From positions 42,098 through 106,097 of the forward strand of contig CAYLXA010000009.1 in the NCBI GenBank assembly GCA_964387845.1: DNA of 64,000 bases, written 5' to 3'. Of the stretch, positions 52,301-61,300 are shown in pieces (within the stretch, counting starts at the first letter, position 1; the number at the start of each line of letters is the position of its first letter). The notes under the pieces were generated by a model, which was given only the letters and a program-made list of their open reading frames with translations, searched no databases and was not told the origin of the DNA. This DNA comes from an uncultured bacterium (lineage in GTDB: Bacteria > Omnitrophota > Omnitrophia > Omnitrophales > Abzuiibacteriaceae). The translations under genes and the position numbers were made by a program.

Positions 52301-55300
52301 GCTTCGTCGCATCCATCTCGGAAAGCCGTCTTAATTCGCTCCGTGCGGCAATTTCATTGCGCAAAGCTGAAAATGCACTGGATATTTTCTCGTTCAATTC
52401 CGAGACTTGCGCTGCGGTTCCGGCCGAAATCATTTCGGCCAGCTTTCCTTCCGCCTGAGAAGCGGCGGAACCTTGAAACTGCGACTGCAGCGACTGCCAT
52501 TTTTCCTGAATTTCCCTGGAACGTGCGTGGAGCTGCGTGGAAAGTTCTGAAAGCTCTTTCAAATTTTTTGATTCGATTTTTGTTTTCGCGGCAAGCTTGA
52601 CAATTTCCTGGAGTTTTTCCTCCCAATACCGGAAACCAAACAGCCATAATTTCCCGCTTTGAACTTTCAACGCCGCATCCAAATCACTCATTGCTTCGAT
52701 CGCCGCGCTAAACTCCGCATAAAACCGTTCGGCCGGATAAGGCGTAGCAGCAACTTCATGAAATGCGGCAGCGAACGGCTTTGCAACATTGTCCACCAAA
52801 GTTTTCAAGGCGGCTTCTTTTGCTTTTATGTCGGATTTGTCGCTATTGAGAGTTTTGCGTGCCGAAGGAAGCTCTGAAGACCTGACTGTATCGGTAACAA
52901 ATATCTGGACAGCGTCATTTTCAACCAAATCTCCCAAAACCTGCAGTTGCGGCATTGAGTGAGACTGGGCCGTATAAATACCCGTCAAAATATTTAACAA
53001 TTCTTTATCTTGGGCATCTTTCCAATCGACTGATAAGTTTGAAACAGAAATAGGCGTTTTGCCAATATGCCTAAATTTGCTGGTGATAAAAATTTTAATT
53101 TGGCTTTCGCTGATTTCAGGAGCTATTTTGTCAAATTCACCCGCACCAAAAGCTTGTTTAACAACAGCGGCCAAAACCTGCTTCAATGTATTCCGGCCAC
53201 CAACCTCCAATTTAAATTGCCGGACATTTCCGCGTATGTTGAGATTGATCACGAAATAAACCTTAGCACTTCCCTCGCCAAGCTTGGGTTGATTGGGCTG
53301 GATTACCGTTGTGCCGGCGGCAGGCTCTGAAGCATCCGGTTTAAAAGGTGATTCAAGCGTTACCGAATCTGCGCTTGGCGCTTTTACGGAAACTGAAATA
53401 ACGAACTTGGTCAAGCTGGCTTTAACAGGTTTGAGAGCCGGGCTGGCAGCAAATTCAACATCAGTCAAGACCGGTTTTGGCGCAGGTTTCTTGACTTCTT
53501 CTTTCTTATTTCCTTTAGCATCGTGATCGGCCTTGCGGGCTTCTTCAACTTCAACTTGCGGGACACTTCTTACCGCCTGAATGAATACAACACCGTGCAA
53601 AGACTGAAATTCTTCCAATGCCTCAATCATCGCCTCATCCCATTTCTCGGGGCGCACACCTTTCGCTAATTGATTCAGGAAATAAAGCCGGCCTTGATTG
53701 ACAGCATGAAGCTCTGAAATCGCATCCCAAATTTCGCCGATTTCTTTGACAACCTCCGGTGTAATCCTGATTTTACTGTCGGTCAACTTCTTTGCGATAT
53801 CATCCCTGAGCGCTTTTTCTTCGCGCAATTCCGAACGTCTTTCTTTTTTTGGCATCAAACTTAATTGGGGCAGCGAATCCCAAACCCAAACGGGAGCGTA
53901 AACATCTTCCTTCCACTCGTAAGTTCCTTGCAATCCCTCAATTGTATCCACCACATGGCTTTCTTCATGACCAGCACCAGGCTCCACGATTAGATCAAAA
54001 TCTTCGTGTGTTTCTAGAATTTTTACAGCCATGTCGATGAAATGCGGTTCATTGGCAAGATTTATATAGGTATCCCGAACTGCTTGCTGGGTGGCTGTTA
54101 TCAAATGCTGTTCTTTTAATTTCTGTTGAATCAGCTTGATTGTAATATTCCGCTTCAATTTATTGATCGCCCCTTTAACAACCGGCCTGTTGTCAAATAA
54201 AGTAACAAACTCGGGTCTCTGCTCTGTAATAGGACGTGATTCCATGTGACTGCCACCATACGGAGCCAAACCATGCTTTGCCTCGTAGCCATCTTGCTCA
54301 GGCCAAACTTCAACGTTTTCAAATTCGCCTGTTTCTACTGTTATCAAAGTTTCTACACGCCTGAAATCATCTTTTAGCTTCTCCAAATGCGGCAAAGCAC
54401 GGTCATCTTCAAGATGCCCCAAAGCAATAACCGCAAGCCGGCGAGTTTCTGGATCATGTGAAGACAGGTTTTGGATTAAAACGTCATAAATAGAATCAAT
54501 TTTTCTAATTACTATTTCAATCTCTTTTGAATTCCTACTATTCGCTAACCTATTAATCAATTGCAGTATGCTCCTCAATTGATCCAGCGAATACTGATTA
54601 ATCGCCTTCGGCAACCCCCACTTTAATAAGTTTGACACGTCTACTTTCTTATAAACCAATGTGTTGACTAACATATCGATCGCTTGCTTGATTGATTTTC
54701 GCTCCAAATCTTCAAACCTCCGAAGCGCGGTACGCACAGATGACCATGAGCCTATAGTTTGCCAAAAAGCGGTCCAAGTTAATTTACTCGCCCTTAATTC
54801 AGACCTCGCAAGAATTTCGAGAACCGCAGCACCGCTATCAAGATCAGCTGCTTGCAGAATTTGGTCGCCCGTAAATGGTGCTTTGCCTGCGTCTTTGGCA
54901 TAATGCACCAAATATTCGAAACCCGCTTGGCGCGCACCTTCGAATGCATCCGGGTCGTTATCAATCAAAACCGTGTTCCGGGCGTCTTCGCCTATCACAG
55001 ACCTGAATCGTTCCAGAACCTTATCGAAAAATTCGGGGGCTTTGCCTTTCTTCATGCCCAATTCGGATGAGAGGATCACCAGCCGGGGATCAAACAAATT
55101 TCCGTAGTGCTTCTTCAAAAACCGAAGTAAATGTTCTTTGCCTGCCAATTCGAAATTCACCACCACGCCGATATGGACGCCGTTATCTTTGATGGCCAAA
55201 AGTTTCTCGATCACTTGCTTGATGGCGGGATTTTCCGGACGCTCTCCGAAAAAAATGTCTTTAAATTCATCCTCGCTGAGCCCTTTAAATCCGTCCTTTT

Positions 55301-58300
55301 GCGATAAAAATTCACGAATTGACTCAAACCAGGGGTAAAAAGCGTCAGGATCCGTGTAAAGCGCTTCGCGAATAGGGTCATCTTTATGCGGAACGAGCAA
55401 ATTTTTTAACTTATTAAAGTCATCTCCGCTCAGATCTTCCTTCCGTAAGCCGGATTTGACAATCAATCCTTTGGCGACTAACTCGGCAAATGCGGGACTG
55501 CGTTCGTCCGCCAAAACACCGCCAAAATCGATAAACATGGCGTTTGAATCAAGTGCATTCCTGAGTTCAGAGCGGGCTTGGGCGGCTTTTCTAAATGCAG
55601 AACGTAAAACTTGAGCATGGTAGATATCATCGGTCAATCGAAGAAAAACACCTTCACCGCCCTGATCTTTTCGATTATTAACCAATGCTCCAAATGAAGC
55701 TTCGGCGAACATGTCCCGGACCATGTGAGGGCTCACGTTATGAAGATAGCCTTTCGCAAATCCGATAGCCGGAAGGCCTTTGGATTCTTTTCCTTGCTCG
55801 GGTACAAAGGAAACAAAAAATGGTAAAAATTTATCGGGGTTCGCCAAAACCTGCTGATAGCTGATATGCTGATCTCCCGTCCCCTGAATGACCCATTCGA
55901 TCCCGAAATCGACTAAATATTTTTTCAAATTAACAAACTTATCCCCGTCTAAATAAATAAATGGGACAAACTTCCGGCCGCTTTGGTCCGCATAATCCAT
56001 CGCCTTTTTAATAAGATTCGAAAGACGGTCGGTATTCTGCCAAGAAATTCCTTCTTCTAAAGAAATGCTTGCTCGAAACGCCTGTCCGCCAAATACCGGG
56101 TTTACACTGAGCTCTTTGGCCTTTTGCTGCGTCAGCGCGAATTCATGTTCAACTGCATCCGCCATCTGCAAATCTTGAAGCCAAGATTCCAAAAGTTTTT
56201 TGCCTAATTCCACATAAGGCTGCCGGGTATATAAATTTTCCTGTACAATTTTTGTTGCAGGATTATCCAAATCATTTAAATTAACATCGTTAACGGAAAA
56301 ACCTTTCTCCTTCAAAGCGCGGGCAATCAAGCGGTTTCCAACGACGGTTGTAGCAGTATAAAAAATGGAAAATAATTTTCCGATTTGATCGGCGATAAAT
56401 TGTTTATCAGCTTTTTTAATTTTGGATGATTGCCCAAGATTCAATTCATCGATATCAAAGACGTTAAAACCCACGGGAGGCATTTGAATATCGGCCAAAT
56501 TAATTACCAAGCGGTTTGGCTGCTTAAAAAAGCGTCTCCATTGCGGCTGTTTTTGCCAATCTCTTTCGCGGATGGCAACCAAATTTGCGAAACCTTTTTG
56601 CCAAATGCTTTCGTTGAAGTTTTGCTCCACTGATTTTGCAAACCAGAAAAGATGATTCGGAACTATCAGTGCCACATCAGAAATTTCATCGTTCAAAATC
56701 CGGTTTCCAATTTCTTCTCCGCTGTTTCCACCACGCTTAATGGCTGAATTTCTACCGATCCAATATTCCAAAGGATTTAATCGATGGTAAGCCAGAAATG
56801 TCATCATGTGCAGATCGCCCGTCCAGCGTCCGCCGACATTGTCGAACATGGCGCCGAATCCGGGCGCATCGTCGCCCAAAACTTTATCAAGGCCGGAATT
56901 TCGGATAAATGCGGAAAGCCGGCTTTCAGCCGGGCGATCGGTGGTTTCAAAAAACATATTGCCTAGGACGGTCGCGAAAATTTCTTTTACTTTTGCTTCA
57001 CCCATCACGCCATTCATCTTTTTAGCGATAATTTGAATAAGGCTTGATTTGCGAAATCTAACTTCATCAATCTTGAAGAGATCGCGAGCAGAACGTTCTT
57101 TGCCATCAACAAAATTAATGTCGTGAAGCGTGTTAAAAACCGTATCGGCAAACTTTTGGATGTCCGGGTGCGCTTTTGCATCACTCATGAAATCCGGTTC
57201 TAAATTTGTTTTTTCTTGGGCAACTTTTTTCAAAAGAACATAAAAAATTTCTGAGAAAATCATCATCGTTTCATCGGTAGATCCCGACTTTGAACTCGGT
57301 ATTACGGCAATCTGATCCCAGCTGATTTGTTTTTCATCCACAATATTTTCCAAGGCTTTCTCGTAATCTTTTCCAAGCTCATATTCACCAAGAATATCTC
57401 CGCTTGCGGGATCCACAACTTGAAACACGTCCGCGATACCTTGAAACGGCGTATGCTGGCCGCCGATTCCGGTTTTAATGATAAGTTTGATTGGTTTTCC
57501 AAGACGCTCTTCACGTTTGATGAAAAATTTTTTCAATCGGTTGACACCATCTACAAATTCTTGCTGGCCCGTGCGGCCGGTCTCGGGATTTACGTCTTCG
57601 CTATAATAACCTTGGGTTCCTTTTACAGCAAATGAGCCGTGAATGGCAGCGCCTTCCGGAACTCCATAACCATCTTGATCATAGCCACCCTTCAAAAATC
57701 GAGCGGCCATTTCCGCATTGCCCTTGGCATCGAGCGGCGTGGTCAACTTCTCCGCTAGAATTTTCGCTTCTGCCGTTTCAGCCGCAATTGCTTCCGTATC
57801 CATTTTTCTTAATTCAGAGCGGGAATCTGGCAGATGGGAATTATCTTTTGTCGAATGATTTCGCCTCAACCAGCTAACAATATCAGGCCACAAAAGAATA
57901 CCAAAAATGCCGCCGACGGAAAAAACAAGAAGCCCTGCGATTGCAAGCCAATTGGGCTCATGCAGTTCCGAACGGGATACAAAATAAACTTCATTGCCGG
58001 TTTGTGCTGAGCTAAAAACATTCCCAACCCGCTTTTCGTTTTCAAAAACAGGCGTTCCGTGCGCATCCGGAACCACTTCGAACTGCTTGCCGGCTGAGTT
58101 TTTGAAAACGACGATGTAATTTTTATAAATCGCCTTCCAGTCGCCAAAAACCGGTGTCCATTCGGACGTGATCCGGATTTTTCCGGTATCAATAGATTTC
58201 CGGCTCGTCGTTGGATGCCTAAAACTCGGGCTCATTTCCGGTGCAATAGCTTCCGGTGCTGGGCGTCTCGGGCGCCGCTTCTCGATTTCCTGCGGCGTCA

Positions 58301-61300
58301 AAAGGCGCGGCTGCGTGCCTTCCAGAGCCGTAACATCATGCTGATAAGGTTTATAGACAATATAAAAAGGGATGCTTCCTAACAGAACGACGCCGAGCGC
58401 AATTCTGAGAACGCTCATTTTCCGCGCGCGTGTCCAGAACGGCTTGCGCCCAGTTTCTGCTCTTAATTCCGAGCGGCTGAAAATGCCCGGCGTTACAAGC
58501 TCCGCTTCGCGGTTGTAGCGAAGCAGATCGGCCGCCAGGATTTTGTTGCCTTCGTAAGTTTCCAGCGTCACCCACAATTCATTGTCTGTTACGGGCCTTC
58601 CCAAAGCCTTTTCCATGGCCGCACGCGCTTCGTCAACCTCAGCTGGCGATTTCGTCCAATTTTTGGTAGATAGGAAGCGCATGCCTGCAAGATGAGGAAT
58701 TCTTTCTTCCCATGAAAGTTTTAAATACTCTTCGATCGGAAGATTCCGGACCCCTTTAACACCAACAGCCGCAATTTTCATATCAGGGCCTGCAACACCC
58801 GTTGACTGCCACATGTTGGTTTCGGCTTTCACCACAACCGCATTGCCTGACTTAGCCGGCTTGGCATCTAAAATGCGCGGGAACTTCCGGCGGCCGCGCT
58901 CGGCAATGGCTTCACGCTCGGCCGGTGTTGCCCCGCGCAGTTCTTCGATGAATTCCCTGTCCGCTTGACCATCCTGTTTATAAAGGCCTATCACATAGCG
59001 CGGCGTAAAAAATGCGACGGCATCGTTAAACCAATAAGAATCAGTGGGCTTTACAACATCACGGTTTGCAACCTGCTTTTTAACTTCTTCATCGGCGCTG
59101 GAAACAATGTCGTTGGTGATATTGATATTCGGGTCTTCGGCAAGCTGATGAGCGCCGTTGTCTTCCATAATGATTAAGCTGCCGCCTTTTTGTCCGGGCG
59201 CGCGCGGCGAAACTTCCGGCTGGAAATCGAGCTCGCGATCGAGGAAAAGCCCCAGGGTTCTCAGCCAAACTTTGTCAAATTTGGATGCGTAATTGTCCAC
59301 ATTCTTGACGAAGGCCCACTTTACACCGGCGTCAACCATACGCAAAAGCTCGCCGCTTACAATCATTTGATGAAAATACTCGCCGTGCCCCAAAGGATCC
59401 CGCTCGCCTTCAAAAACAACAGCGTTTGTGTCACCGCTCGCTAATTTTTCCTTTACTTCATTAGATCTTGCGAGCGCCGCTTGAAAAGTTTCATCAGATG
59501 TGAATTTGCTGCGCATTTTTTCCACTTTTTCCGGTTTTTCAACAAACTTGGCGCCGAGCGGCTGATGGAAAAATCCGACTTGTTCGTTGTGCAGGCCGTA
59601 ATGACGATTTTTTCCGAGCATTTCGTCGTGTTCCGGCCGGTATTCATCATTCGAAAGAAATCCGATTAGATTTTCCCACACCTTTGTGACCGGCATTCCG
59701 GCATTCCTTACCTCTTCAGCAACCGCACGGAAAAGCCGGGAAAGATTTTCGCCGAACTCACCGAAATAGGTTGTCACCTTTCCATCGCTTGTGCGCCCGA
59801 TAGGCACAGCCGCTTTTGATAAAATTTCGCCGTCTACGTCCATAGCCAGCACTTCTTCGGGCGCTTCTTTGGTGTTCATGCGTGAGCTTGCGCCCGCAAC
59901 CAGCATCGAAATATAGCCTTCGCCTCTATCCAGTGACTTGACGGCGATAGCTTCAAGCCGCAGGGCTTCCTGCGGGTCAATTTCTGTAATATCAAACACA
60001 TCTTCTTTGCGGCTCGCGCGGAACGGACGCGAAATCGGTGTAGTTGCCAATTCCCCCCGCCAATAAGCCAATCCGGTCTCAACTTCGCTTCTTAACTCCG
60101 AGCGTGAAGCTTCAAAACGGCTCAAATCAAGCGAGCCGGTGGCGAGAGCCGCCGCCGCTCCTCCCGCATCTTTGGATTTCTTGAATGTGCCCTCAACGAT
60201 GAAAGAAAGCGCCCCGAGATTTCCGGTATTTTGAACCGTCAGCTTGGGATGGCCATTCGTCAGTCTAATGTCACGAATATCGCTCAGCGTTACTTCCAGC
60301 TTACTATCTATTCGATCCGGCTTGAGCAGAGTGTCCTGAGTCGCGGTAGAACGCAAAGCATTCCGCACCGCACTTTTAATGGCTTGAGACAAACTCTTTT
60401 TTGTAAACTCCCGCTTTCGGCCTTCATCAGCTAAGGTCAATTCCGTGATTTTAACTGCAGATTCGTCCTCTGCTTTTTCTGATTGCCTGAGCTCTGCACG
60501 AGATTTAGCAGCAATTACTTTTACATTAATGAGAACGTTACGCGGCAGTGTGTTGATGGAAACGGTTGTCCGTGCCGGTTGGTCGCTTTCGGGTGGAAAG
60601 GTTGTTTTCCATATGGAGTTATACTCCGGAAAATCTCTTGCCATATCCGAAAGAGATACTCGCACCGCTAAGATGTTTTCCCACGAGGACCCCTCTTTTT
60701 CTAGCTGGGTCCGGATATTTTGAATGGCCGCTTGAACCTGCGCCCCGATTCCTTCCGCTCTGATCTCGCCATTGTCATTCTCAGGACCTACGGCCTCTAA
60801 AACAACAAGCTCGGCGGGTAATGACTCCGGCACTTTGGCAATTGCATTAACTTCAAATGCGATCGGCGTCGGCAGCGCAACGACTTCGATAATCGTGTGC
60901 TTGGGTTCATGGCCGACTTGTTTGAAATGCTCTGCCCAAACACGTTCAAATATCGCGCGCTCATCATCGTTATAATCTGTGAGAAACACTTCCATTTCCG
61001 TAATTGCCTTCCATGTAACACCCGCTGCTTCCAGAATAAATTCAACATTGGCAAAGGTTGAACGCATTTGGGTTGCAATATCACGTGAAAGAACTTTGCC
61101 TTTGTCATCTTGATGAACGCCTGGAATTCGGTCTGAACCAAGCTTGCGAGGGCCAACACCTGAAAGAAAAAGATGATCTTGAAACCGTCTGGCATGAGGG
61201 TATGCCCCAACTGCTTTCGGGGCGCGATCGCTATTGATTGCTTCGCCAATCCGCGGTTCAGCGCGACGAGGTTTTTCTCGATCTCTTATTCGCAATCTTT